DNA from: Massalongia carnosa
Lineage: Eukaryota
NCBI GenBank assembly: GCA_965645245.1
Contig: OZ287069.1
Location: 2,232,001-2,296,000, forward strand
DNA: 64,000 bases
Direction of reading: 5' to 3'
Of the stretch, positions 50,304 through 61,738 are shown one piece after another. A model generated the notes under the pieces. That model made no database searches, had not been told where the DNA came from, and was given only the letters and a program-made list of their open reading frames with translations. Both the position numbers and the translations under genes were made by a program. The first letter of the stretch is position 1, and the number at the start of each line of letters is the position of its first letter.

Positions 50304-52723
50304 GTGTGTTTGTTCTCCTACACTTCCAGCTATAGTGGACCACGCACACCACCCAGTTTATCCCTTCACAACGCATCGAGCATTTTCTTCATGCTCGAGA
50401 GTTCGGTGAAATTCTCTTTCAGGAGGATGAAAATCGAGCTCATGATTTGAGGATTGGAAGGCGAAATCTTTCACAACTGAAAGACTCATTCAGAATTTCA
50501 TTCTTTAACGATGATGCATGATCTTCATGCTCATCAGATTTCAACATAATCGAGAATATTTGAAGGATAATCAAGCAACTAGTTGAAATTTATGAAAAGA
50601 TCATCATCATTCTGAATGACATGAAGAAGGTCGTTCAGCACGAATGGAACGAGGTAAAACAGAAGGAAATTGACAATTTGATGACTACAATGCCTTCTCG
50701 TATAAAGCAATGTAAAGACAGAGAAGGTAGAGTAACAAAATGATAGAAATGAAGAAAAATATCTATGTTTTGTTGATGTTCTGTGACTGTTTTTCGAAAT
50801 TATGGGGGAGGCACGGATCAATGTCGCCCAACCTTGTACATAGCATAGGCATTTCCGTCTTTCTTTCTTTTCTTCCTTCATTTCGCTTCTACCGGGGCCT
50901 AACCAACCCTCCCCCTTTCCTCCCCCCTCTACATAAAATAAATAACTGTATGCCCGCCAGCCACCCTTTCCTTCCCTTGCTGCGTTGAGTGGATGTTCCG
51001 TCCGCTTCGAAATCCCGCTAACCTACCTGCCCCCGTAACGGGGCTAGTTAATACTTAATTCCAGATTACATATCTATATAAACCTTTTCGGGTCTCTTTC
51101 AGACAAAACCTGGCTCCAGAATACTCTATACCCCGATGGAGAACCCCCCCAAAAAGGGTTGGTTGATGACTTTTTTGTCCTTTTTCTCATCGGGTTTGTT
51201 TTTTTTTTGCTTCTCTTATCTTGTTGATTGCTGCTTTTGTTCTTCAAAGAAGCTGCCGCTGCTGATGGAGCGGAGCGGAAGGGGTGAAGGAGAAAGAGAA
51301 AAAAAATTGGCGGAGGAGAGTCTAGCTAGCTGGCTGGCTGGGCGTCCGCTTGTTCTTTGAGGAACACTCTACCCCCCCAACCATAATAATAAGAGCAAAC
51401 ATCATCATCATCATCATTAGCACGTGCCTGATCGCACACATATCCGAGCTGACTGTTGCGTCTACGATTACGATGGTTGGGTTTCATCATTGCTGTGTTC
51501 TTCATTCGAAAGTTAAGGAGGTAGATGAGAGTGATTTAGATCTGATAGGTAAGAGGCAGGCAAGCAGGTAGGCAGGCAGGAGCTTTCGGAAAGACGAATC
51601 GGGGACAGCTGGGGAGGTATGTAAGGAGGTGGATGGGTGGTGAGTGCGTAGGTAGGTAAAGGCTGATCATCTACGGAGAGAGAGAGAGAATCCATGCCCT
51701 CTCGAGAAGTCAGTCTTCCCTTAATCTACCTACCAATCGACTTATCTCATCTACTTTACTTTACCTCCCGATCATTTCCTTCCCTCTCGATTTTCTCGGC
51801 GTTTGCGAAGCCTCGAATCACTAATATTGTTGCCTAGATCCTGTTTTATTGGTTTTTCTTTCTCGTTTCTTTTCCGCGGAACGGAAGAAAAATATTTTTC
51901 TTTTTCAAAAAAATAATATATTATAGTTAAATACGTGACAAGATATTTACTAGACTTTGGGGATTGTTGCCCGCGCTGAAAATAAAAATAAAGTAGACAC
52001 TGAAGAGGTGTATGTATGATGCCTGGCGTATTTTGACGCCGAATGATGCGGAAGTGAGCGCTTCGATTTGGGAAAAAGAATATACAGTTGATGGAAACGA
52101 TACATGCGATCAAAAGACCTTTGCCCCTCTTTCCACAAGTTAAAACCCTTCTCTCAGGATCATCGTCCGTTTCGCCAGCAAAACGATATACAGCGCTCCT
52201 CGTTTGTCAGAAATTCTTCCTACCTTCCTCTTCGGTTATCGACATGTCGCGCACAGAGCCTGAGTTGTTCGCGGTGCTTTTGGTTTCTTTCACCGGAATG
52301 ATCGTATTAGATCAGCTTCGACAGCTCCGACAACATCGGCAGCACCCGGTGCCGTCTGCGTTTCCCTGTGGTACCTGGAGCTAGGATGGGGAAATTTGTG
52401 CAGCCGGCTTGGATGGCTGAGGGAACTGGTTTGCAAATCGTTTGTATAGGCACGGTTTACGGGTCGCCTTGGTTGATGCACGCAAAGGTGGGGCGGTGGG
52501 TTTTCATGCGGGGCTTTTGGCCGGCGGGGGCTTTGCTGATGTTGGCGCTGTCGGAGATTTGGCGGAACTCGCTCTGCACGGCGAAGACGTTGTCATTGGA
52601 GTTGAAGGAGGTAAAGCCATGGGGTGATTAGATGCCTAGCTTGACATCGGAGAGCGCGACCTGCAGGTTTTTGAAAACGAAAGGCAGAAGGTTTTGCATC
52701 TGGCGCGTGTGGTCCTCGGGACT

Positions 52724-55454
52724 GGGTGACTGTATAACTCAGAGGTTTTGTAATTTTCCTATCTTTTAGCTGCCGCAGCCGCTTAATAAGCATCCTACCC
52801 CTACCTACCCCTCCCTACCTACATCTCCCTACATACCAACTCACCCTGCTGTCGCCAAGTTTTGAAGTTATTCAACTCGCCGACATAGAACCCTCCCCCG
52901 GCGCCCCCCCAGCGCCCACATAAAAATTCCCCCCGCTGCCCACATAAAAAAATTTCCCCGCGGCCCCTAATAAAATCCCCCCTATTTCCCTCTTTATTCG
53001 TCATCATCCCGCCGACGATTCCTACTCTCCTCCGCCGCCATCGTCATCGCCAGCGTCGTCGTCTCCTCATCTTCCAACTCCTGCAAGGCCTCCTCCACCC
53101 CCCGTCTTCTGATTGGTCCAGTCAACTTCTCCAACCAGTCTAGCCATCGCTTTATTTGTGGATTTCTTTCCTCGGCAGTCCATTCGGCGGTGTACTCGGC
53201 TATTTCGTAGTATTTGTCTTTAATTGCGTCCAAAACCTCTCTCATCTGTAGCATATGTCGATCCGATCTTTCTACCTCCTCGTGATGATCAAAATCCAGC
53301 CTAGTCGACGTTTCATACACCTCGAAGCCGCTATCCTCAAACATCTCCGCCCAGACTGTCCAATTGACTTCCTGAAACGCGTCGAAAACGATGTTATAGT
53401 GCCACAAGTGTCTGCATGGGAGTTGATACTGACGCCAAAATAGACAGTCTACAGGACAGATTAGCTCATCAGGCAGCTCACCTGCCGGCTCATCACCGTC
53501 TGCTAAACTTCTAGCGGCTAGCTTCCATTGATCAACTATGAGCATTTGCACGGGATAGGGAAATTTTCGAAGATATGGGCATTCCTGACATTCGGGAGTC
53601 ATAGTAGTACGAAAATTAGCCTCTTCGCTGCGGGCTCGATTTTCCCATTGATCCCCGATTCGAATCACATGGCTTGCAGCCCCGATCAGAGAAAAAGTCA
53701 TGAAATGCGCTTTACCTACAGTACTAATTAGTATGACGAATGAAGCTCAAGAAATAGTCTCACCGTCAGCATGCTTTTTAATAGATGCGTGCCAGGATTC
53801 TACCGCATTAGTCGTCATGCACTGCAGTAAAATGCATGAATGCTGACGTGCGTAATTAGCCCATTTGGATTTAGTCTGCACCCATTCTCGATCTATATAT
53901 TGACGTTTTTCTTCAGGGGCAGCTGCCAATGCCTTTTTGAGACTATCATCGCATCCGAGCTCCGTTTTTCTGAAATATAGAGCATCATACAAATGCTTTT
54001 TTGCATTTTTGCAATTGGGACCGACCAATTTTCGATTCAGGGTACGCTCGGAGTGAGTCCGACAAAGTAGATGAGTAACCTCCATCTCCCCGTCGATCAA
54101 CCCTCGAAATGCAAGACTGACCCCTCGCTGTTCAGCTGCAGAATCGTCGGTGATAATGTATCGAAGTCTCCAAGCTCTAGACCATCGCTTAATCTGACGA
54201 AGAAACTCTCCTATAATGTCACCGTCCTCGTTACTACTCAGCATGTGGGCTCCGGGAATCCAGCTTCCACATTCGTCACGAATCATCAATGTAAATAACT
54301 TCCATTTTAGCTGATTGGTGTTATGAGTACTGTCCATCAATGTCAGATGTCCACGTTTCATCAATACTGATAACCGAGATCTTTTTGCAAATGCTATTGC
54401 ATGTGATCTTTCTCTATCAATGAGACGAGTTATTTCAAGCTTTGCAGCTAGAACATCTTCATCCAATGCCTGCAATGCATCAAAACAGCTGTTCAATTGA
54501 TTAATCCATAACTCCCTAGCTCCCTGAATTCGTGCATCAGGATTCTGCTTTTTAAAGCTTTTTCCAGCATTGTATACGGTTTGAAAGTTGAAATTCGACC
54601 CCCCGGCCTGTTTCAAAGCTTCAAGATTCCCTTCCCATCTAACGCCCTGCATGTTTCGATTGACGTCTCCCGGGGTATATCCTTTTGCCACCTCTTTACC
54701 AGCCGTCAGTCTGATGGCGGAGTTGATTTTGATATTGTCCACAACCTCCAAAATGTGATTATGTTGCAGCTGATTAACTGAGTCGTCAAGCTTCTTGTTG
54801 ACGTGACGACTCAAAGTCACCGTCAACAATTCATTGATCTCATCAAATTGTTTGATCATAGCCAGCTTTATAGAGCAAGCATCAGTTAACCGCATTCGTT
54901 TCGCACGTCGTCCTGAACCTTGACTTTTAATGTCAGCATCTTGCTTCCAAAGTCTGCAAAACCAATATGATTTTTGAGTTCTCTTCTTGGTAATAGGCTC
55001 CGTGTGATTATGCACCCAGATGTTGTCCATAAACGGCCAGTATGAAGCATAATTATCCGCAGTCCAAGTTATTGGTGCATCTAATGCAAAGACAAACTGA
55101 CGCATCGAGACCAGATGAGAAGGTAGAGCCAAGATAGTGGAAATAGGGGTCGAAGCGGAGCGAGAAGATCCTCTGGCGACGGTGAGCTGACTATCCAGCT
55201 GACTATCTAGCTGACTGTCGACGTCGCTTTCGGGCTTGGTGGTATCTAAGTACGAAGACATCTTGAATAGCCTCAATAAATGAGAGCAGCGAGGTATGAG
55301 AAAAGTGATAATAAGGGGTAACCAGGGGATGAGAATTACGGTTGGAAGACGCGACATTAATATTTACGAGATTTGGTCATGTGCCAGCTTACTAATTGGC
55401 TGCGGCAGCTAAATGGTATGGAAAATAGAAAACCTCTGAGTTTTACAGCCTCCC
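52724..55454 (-). mobile_element. Mutator-like element (MULE), apparently complete
   Basis: Imperfect TIRs of about 68 bp (GGGTGACTGTATAACTCAGAGGTTTT..TTTAGCTGCCGCAGCC and reverse complement GGGAGGCTGTAAAACTCAGAGGTTTT..TTTAGCTGCCGCAGCC). Perfect 9-bp TSD CTCGGGACT at 52715-52723 and 55455-55463. Confidence 0.95.
52994..55357 (-). CDS. MULE transposase with C-terminal SWIM zinc finger, two exons
   Basis: YWFCR..C..HNH (WRKY/GCM1-like), LMDSTHNTN, IITDD, LCRTH, TTNAVESWH. Intron 53763-53716 (GTGAG..ACTAAT..TAG) joins in frame to CPVDCLFWRQYQLPCRH. Start is either 55357 or 55261. Confidence 0.9.
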
Positions 55455-55477
55455 CTCGGGACTACAGTATAGGATTA

Positions 55478-56815
55478 CAGTAGTAGGCCAAAAGTCTGCG
55501 GCCCCGCACCCCACCAACATTTCAATCATTCTATGCAATCAACAATCAACCACGTCACGATTGCTGAAATGTCTTGAAACTTTACATAATGATTATATAC
55601 ATACTAAACAAGAATTCCCCCAAAAAAATATTTTTAATATTTAGTATACCATCCTTCCGACGCTATACACGCTTTTATCCTCCTATTCATGCTCTCTATT
55701 AACCTCCTCATCATTTTCACATCTATCAACGTCCAGGCTTCTTCTAGCGCTTTCCAAAGTACCTCACGAACAGTTTCATCACTGCCGATCATCAAATCTA
55801 TGTTCGGGTTGACTTGATAGACGAGCTTTTTGAGCACATACCAAACGTGCTCGATGGGATTTAAATCAGGTGAATAGGGGGGCCAATCGATGACCTCTAT
55901 GCCGTTCTCATTAAAGCATTCCATCACCTTTTTAGCCTTATGTATAGGTGCGTTATCCTGCATGAAAATGAGGCCCGGTTGCCAAATTCCAAGCAGATTA
56001 TCGTTCAATAATTCCATATATGAGTTCGCCGAGTACCCCATCTTCTTCGCAGCAAAATCACGAGCCAATTTGTAAAGATCTGACCTGTCATCTCCCCAAA
56101 AAGCTGCCCAGACCATGACACTGACTCCTTTGCCTTTGGGGACAGGTTGTATCATCTCTTTATTCCATTTTTCTTTCGGCAATCTGAACACCCACTGACG
56201 CTGTTTTCCTGACCCCTTTTCCACCGAGCACTCATCTGACCATATAACTCTTGACCACTGCTCAAAAGTCCACTCACGCCGCAGCAAGCACCAATCCAAT
56301 CGTTTCTTGGCCACCTCAGGCGTCAATAAAGGTCGTTTTTTAGCCACCCAGTTGGTTAAACCATACAGTTTGAGTGCCCGATAAATAATCGTACGACTGC
56401 AGCCGAGCCCCACTTCTAGTTTGATTTGTGCATAAGTGATTCGTGGATTGATTCGTGCATAGTTGATAATATAACGTCGATCGCGTTCTGACAGCACTTC
56501 AGGCCGTCCAGAACGTGATTTAGACACGCCGTCGTTGCGAATTGAGTGCTTCTGAATGGTGCTCTGCACGGTCGATTTAGTGAAATTAAGAGTCTTCCCA
56601 ATCTCGGTCGGTGTGTGCCCCAACGCCTGGGCCCCAACAATCATACCACGTTGATATGGCGTCAATTCAGTGTTACGAGGCCGATTACCACTTATGGGGG
56701 TCAAAGAAGCACGAAGCATGGTGAAATGATGAGGTGGAAGATGGGGGGTTGATGAGTTGAAAACGCGAAATCACGAAAATTACGGGTTGGGCCGCAGACT
56801 TTTGGCACGGGACTG
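55478..56815 (-). mobile_element. Tc1/mariner DNA transposon 4 (27-bp TIRs, TA duplication)
   Basis: CAGTAGTAGGCCAAAAGTCTGCGGCCC at 55478 and reverse complement CAGTCCCGTGCCAAAAGTCTGCGGCCC ending at 56815. TA on both sides. Confidence 0.94.
55634..56719 (-). CDS. Tc1-like DD34E transposase, intact
   Basis: 361 aa with ELTPYQRG, RSGRP, KKRPLLT, VIWSDE, FMQDNAPIH, WPPYSPDLNPIEHVW and EGWYTKY. Confidence 0.94.
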   Translation of the reverse strand: MLRASLTPISGNRPRNTELTPYQRGMIVGAQALGHTPTEIGKTLNFTKSTVQSTIQKHSIRNDGVSKSRSGRPEVLSERDRRYIINYARINPRITYAQIKLEVGLGCSRTIIYRALKLYGLTNWVAKKRPLLTPEVAKKRLDWCLLRREWTFEQWSRVIWSDECSVEKGSGKQRQWVFRLPKEKWNKEMIQPVPKGKGVSVMVWAAFWGDDRSDLYKLARDFAAKKMGYSANSYMELLNDNLLGIWQPGLIFMQDNAPIHKAKKVMECFNENGIEVIDWPPYSPDLNPIEHVWYVLKKLVYQVNPNIDLMIGSDETVREVLWKALEEAWTLIDVKMMRRLIESMNRRIKACIASEGWYTKY

Positions 56816-59800
56816 TACATGCCGCTTTCGACCCGATCGACGGCCGCGGCGTCGAGCTGGATGGCAAAGAAGAAATTGTATCTGACTTGGATTTTAATTC
56901 TGGAGAAAAAGCCATGATATGGCTGAGATGAAAGTCGACGACATGATGGAGGATATAAATGATGCAGATGCACGACGGTCAAACGATGAGTTTAGGGTTA
57001 GGGAAGACTTGCTATGCTCAATGCCCGGAATTAGTGGTGACACATCACCAATTGCAGAGAGCTACACATGAAGCCATGCAAACAGATCCGATTACGTTGT
57101 ATCGAAGACGTGATCGGTCGGAGTAAATACCAAGGTGATGATACAATCGATGGATTGGGCACCCGGTAGTTTCGTGTGATGGCTTGACGTAGTCGGCATC
57201 CATGTGATTTAATTTGAAACGGAATCCATCAATGGATTCAGCGTGAGCTCTAGCAAAACCCTCGTATTTTGTACATGCGAGACGCTTAATTATAACCTCC
57301 GACGTGTAGAAGATGGCGGTGAAATGTGCGGCGCACATATAGACGTTTCCCCATGCGCTCCATTCGGATCTGCCGTCAACGTGACCGAGACGCATCACTC
57401 TTTCCCGGTTTCCATGAATGTTCTACGCTCTCCGTAAACCACCGAGATCACTCAGCTTTTCATCTACGAAGCCATACGGAGTCATGTCCGGAGGCCCATC
57501 GCAAAAGAACACCTTTTTCCATTTTAAGATACACAAACACTCGTCCCCGCAGCATGGGTTTGAGAAGGATGCGAGTGATGTGATGATAAGCTTGTTAACA
57601 TGATCCGAAAATTTCTTCTCCAAGAGAGGGTCTCAGATTTGCTGGATTGGTGTAGCGAGGAGGCTATACGTAGGACGCCAAGGTCCTCCTGATTCAGCCA
57701 TGCGCAGTGTTATATTCAGTCATCTGACGGCCACTCATTTTACGGTGTTCCGAGAACATTAAACCAATGTTTAGAGCAGCCGTTGCTTAAGTTCGAGGTC
57801 TATATGCTGTCCTTTGTCTGAAGCTTTTTGTAGTAGTTTCGGTCTCCAGAGAAAAGTCGTTAACGAAAACTGTATTGTAGATCACATGGAGGCTACAGTT
57901 CCGAAAGCTTTAAGTCTTTGATCATCGATCCTCTTTCTACTGTCTTTCAAACAGGACTCCTGTCTTATCGATGAAAGGCTTATCCGTATTTCCAAGCATC
58001 ACCGGTCTCAAATCACCTGGCGCATCAATAGTTTCTGTCGACCAAGAAAAACTTACAAACTCAGACTTTCAATTTGAAGCTCTTAGAGAATTAGATCACT
58101 CGAGTTAACTCGAGTTAGTAATATATGGTCAGATGGCTAAACATGCCTCTTAGCCTTCATGCACGAATACCGCGACAGTCTCCAACGTTAACTTTTTTCT
58201 GGAGGCAAAAGCGCACGCTATAAAACAAGGTAGAAACGAATGCACTATCTTCCATTCATCCCTGAATAAAGGCTTCTATCTCTTTACTCTACCACCTGGC
58301 TTGAGAGTAAGCCCGACTTTGATCAAGAGATCGTATGGTCTATCGGAGATACTGGTATAGATGCTCATGCTGGATCACCCACGAATGCGAGATTTTTGAC
58401 CTGCATACAAAGTGTTAGACTTCGGGTTCTTTCCCCACTCCGTGGAGCGTATATTCATTGGGTTTGAAATCTTCTGACCACTGCAATCTGGCAGATACGT
58501 GCGCGAGGTGCTTCATCGGATCTCATGCAAATGTGCAAAGGCGCTCGAACTAGAGATCAAGCGCCCCAGCAAAGCTGATAGAAGATAATCCAAAGATCGA
58601 TTTGCTCGGACTGAAGCATTAACGTGATAGTTTATTAGAGCCTGGATTAGATGTGCTTCTTACCACCGAAATTTCTCATAGACCGAGGCTGATTGATACG
58701 GAAAAGCTGAAGTTAATTGCATGAGCTGGTTTCCGACCTTCCTTACCGTATTCTGGAACATAATGAGCGAGGGGTACGTTGACGGATAATCATCTACGGT
58801 GCCGTAATTGGAACTAGCGTTGACTAGTAAAAAAGTGACTCGGTGGAATCTCCAGCATCCTTCCTCTAAGTTTCGGCTGAGAAAAGTTATGGGTCGTCTC
58901 GAATCCGCCATCCAAATCCCGTGATGCTCGAAAAATCAACTTTTGCTAGATATTGGGTAAGGCGCCATGTTTGATGGGCGACACGAGCGCTGCGAAGAAT
59001 AATACACCCGTGGAGCTTTTATCGTTCGTAAACTTGATGTCGTGGTACGTCCATCGTTTGTAATGCTTACAGCGCTGAGAAATTCAAATATTGGCAAGTA
59101 TCGAAGATGGAATGAAACGAGCTCGCTTTCAAGTCACCACAAACATAAATTTTCTATTTTCAATCCGTCAGACTTATAGTTACTTGCAACTAGTCATTGA
59201 AAGCCCTGAAAAATGGAAGAATTCTGATGATAGATTAAAACCGTGTTTCTCATATATATCGTTGCCAACCGTGTCTTATGCAAGCTCATTAAGCCTGCTA
59301 TGAAATCCGTCCTCCAAGAACGTAGAACGCTTTCTCGCCCGACCGGAATGGGAGACTTTTGTTACGTAACTCTGCTTTACAACGACCCTCGACAAGCCTG
59401 TTCTATTTAGTTCTTAAAAGCCAGAGAAGCTGTAAATGCCGTCTTCCTCATCAAGAAGTCTATTGACTTATTCCAAAGTTGATAAGCTTACTCATGCGCT
59501 GTAGATAGTGTTGTCATGCCCTCTTATAAAACTCCACTCAAGTTATAACCTTTGCTATCAACTAGTGTAGATTTCCTTGACTCGATCGCTATATTTTTAC
59601 AGAGGCAGAGAAAGCCTCTTGATGTCAACATGCAATATTATAAGTATCAAAGCAATCTTGATGAAAGAAGAGATAGTCAACAAACATGCATATGAAAGCA
59701 TAGTTGAACTCGTATCTTGCAATGGTTTACTTGCAAACAGCGCGTTGTTGTGACCGCTGAAGGCAAGAAGCTGATAGCTAATCCTACCTATAGAGGGGTT

Positions 59801-60531
59801 TCCTTATGTGAGATCATAAACCGGGGGATGAGCTTCTGAAACAGCCATAATTCTATTGCAGGGTGACCTTACTGCTTCCATCCGTCCATGTTCAAGCCAG
59901 TATAGGCTGTCTGCACCTTTGGAGCTTTACTTCTTAGACAAAAGCGCTGTCATGATCATTATGTTATGAATGATGATTTAATCTATGAGAGCATTGACGG
60001 ATGATTCGAAAACCGATTGCTTTATGACGACAAACGTTGCATCTTCTAAGTATTCGCGATTCGACTAGATTTATGGCTTATCTTGGTGGAAACGTTGGAA
60101 AGAAACAGCTAGATGCCCTATTCACGGGCCAGTGGCCGAAAATAAGTTCAAAGGTGATGTGATCGCTCGTCGAGACTAATGCAGGATTCTAGTCTGCAGG
60201 ACTTTTCTCGGCATGACTAGAAACGTGAAGCGAATATAGTTTTCCATCCATATTACGGCTTGAGCTTTTTTTGGATCATTGGAAATATTTTAGTTCATCC
60301 CAATATGGAGATATTATCTGGGCTTAGGATAGTGAGAAGTGTGCAGGTATAAACGAGAACAGCGAAACCTTTGTTAAAGTAGAAAAGTAGCAAAGTTGGC
60401 CTGGAGCGACGGATTATTCCATGCAAAGGATATATACTTAGCTTTAGCCAATATATCATCTTTAATAAGTGTCTGTGCAAGTGACTGGCTGTTAGCACTT
60501 GGCATAGGTTATCCTGGAAGCGATGAAGCAT

Positions 60532-61329
60532 TTATGCATTAGGAGTTGGCGACAGCCAAGCCCAAGTCACACCGACCCTACCAAGAGCAGGGTCCGCAAG
60601 CTTCTTAAAAGCACTAGGACTGAGATCAATATCTGTAGCCGCACATCCAGTACCTAGTCATCTCACTTAGCCGTCAAAGTCATAGTAGCTGAGCAGTCCG
60701 GAAGGCATACATCGATCTACCACTTTCAAGTCAACACTTCTTTGCGATTTAGATCTTTCATCAAATCGCGTGGCTCTGATTTTCAGCCCGCATAGAGGGT
60801 TAGCATTTGGATTCGAGCCTTTCGAGACAGCATCAAACACAATGTGGCTAACGGCACATATGTTGTCACTATCAGAAGAAGTGATTCCGCAAGCACCCAA
60901 AGCGGGGGAATAGTAGGTAAGATCGCCTTTAAACGATTTGGAGTTTGAGGGCAGTGGTAAGTTCTGACTTCTGTGGAATACTTTAGTGCTTCTCGGTATT
61001 CGAGGGCAGTACAACGATGATAATGATACATACTCTGAGCCTTTCCTGAGTCCCAATCCAAGTCCAATAGCTGCTATTAAAACGACAAAGAAAACAACAG
61101 TGCAGAATATTAACAGCACCCGCCTATTGCAGCCGCAATATACTCGGTGGGAAGGCATCACACGATCCAAATTCGTAGACATTAGAAAAGAAAACCTCCT
61201 TAAGCGTTTCTTGAACGAGGGGTGTATTGAATGAAAAGAATGCTTTTCAGGGGTTGTATTCGAAGCCACCTTGTCCAGAACTTGCGTGTCTGGCACTACA
61301 ACCTGCGGGGTATCTGTATAGGAAGCCAT
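60532..61329 (-). CDS. Membrane-anchored RlpA-like double-psi beta-barrel (expansin/loosenin-like) protein
   Basis: TM segment ending IGLGLGL, then GDLTYYSPALGACG..ICAVSH..NPNANPLCG..VVDRC, an intron, and TGCAATDIDLSPSAFKKLADPALGRVGVTWAWL. Stop at 60534-60532. Confidence 0.9.
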
Positions 61330-61487
61330 TGAGGAAGGATTCCAAGCTTTTAGAGAAGAAGGGAGAATTTGAGGAGCGACTTGAAGGTTAATTAATAAGA
61401 GTAACCAAGTGATTTTAGTTCTTTATTCTTTGATTCCTCTGATTTTCCGATCTTAGCTAGCACGTGACTTTGGTCTTTTACTGTCAG

Positions 61488-61507
61488 CCAATCAGATACT
61501 CTGCATT
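61488..61507 (+). promoter_or_regulatory. Candidate CBC:HapX bipartite site (CSAAT-N12-RWT) upstream of SDH2
   Basis: CCAAT-CAGATACTCTGC-ATT, about 230 bp upstream of the SDH2 ATG in a 409-bp divergent promoter that also has two CACGTG boxes. Confidence 0.45.
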
Positions 61508-61738
61508 TTTCCGATGACGTCCGATGAAGAGCCTACCGCGGCTGAAAGGGGAAAGCACGTGATAAATAACATCTAACTACCTATACTAGGTTAGGTACTT
61601 GGTGCATTTGTCTTGTGTCATCGTTCGCCTTCAAACGATGCAACCGCACCAAAGAGACTTCTCCTGGCAGTCTCATTCTAGTCAACTATCATCAGTATCC
61701 AAAGCCATTGGCAGTCTCTCCACTACCACTTTATAAAA

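Larger units (their letters stand above)
47321..50370. mobile_element. Solo LTR A (about 347 bp when reconstructed), interrupted by a pogo element and a second LTR
   Basis: TGTAGGGTGGAGC at 47321 and ..CCCTTCACA at 50370, with 4-bp TSD ACGC (47317-47320, 50371-50374). Pieces 47321-47550, 49918-49971 and 50308-50370 are collinear with LTR B. Confidence 0.88.
46482..50836 (+). mobile_element. Tc1/mariner DNA transposon 3, hypermutated relic split by nested insertions
   Basis: TIRs at 46482-46522 and about 50789-50836 (TTGGGC(A/G)ACATTG..CCCCCATAATTTCGAAAAAC), with TA after the right end. The transposase reads KPLINEKNQKIRLAF..VRFSDES up to 47320 and resumes in frame at 50375 (..ILFQEDENRAH..*SSCSSDFNIIENI*..TMPSRIKQC), with many stops. 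Confidence 0.9.
52370..56944 (-). pseudogene. Degenerate gene for a probably secreted protein, interrupted by the MULE and Tc1 element 4
   Basis: After removing both elements and one copy of each TSD, the - strand reads MSSTFISAISWLF../FFFAIQLDAAAVDRVESG/VILYCSPEDHTRQMQNLLPFVFKNLQVALSDVKLGI*SPHGFTSFNSNDNVFAVQSEFRQISD..PTFACINQGDP*TVPIQTIC. It contains stops and frameshifts. Confidence 0.55.

Noticed and set aside
24220..57000. Accessory block as a Starship giant transposon
   Set aside because: No tyrosine-recombinase (DUF3435) captain or boundary repeats were seen; the block is explained by independent small TEs.
56992..57003. Telomeric TTAGGG repeats
   Set aside because: Only two units, which is compatible with chance.
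57045..59000. Possible decayed genes on the - strand (about 57045-57701 and 58300-58970)
   Set aside because: Short broken frames with no recognisable motif; cannot be supported without a homology search.
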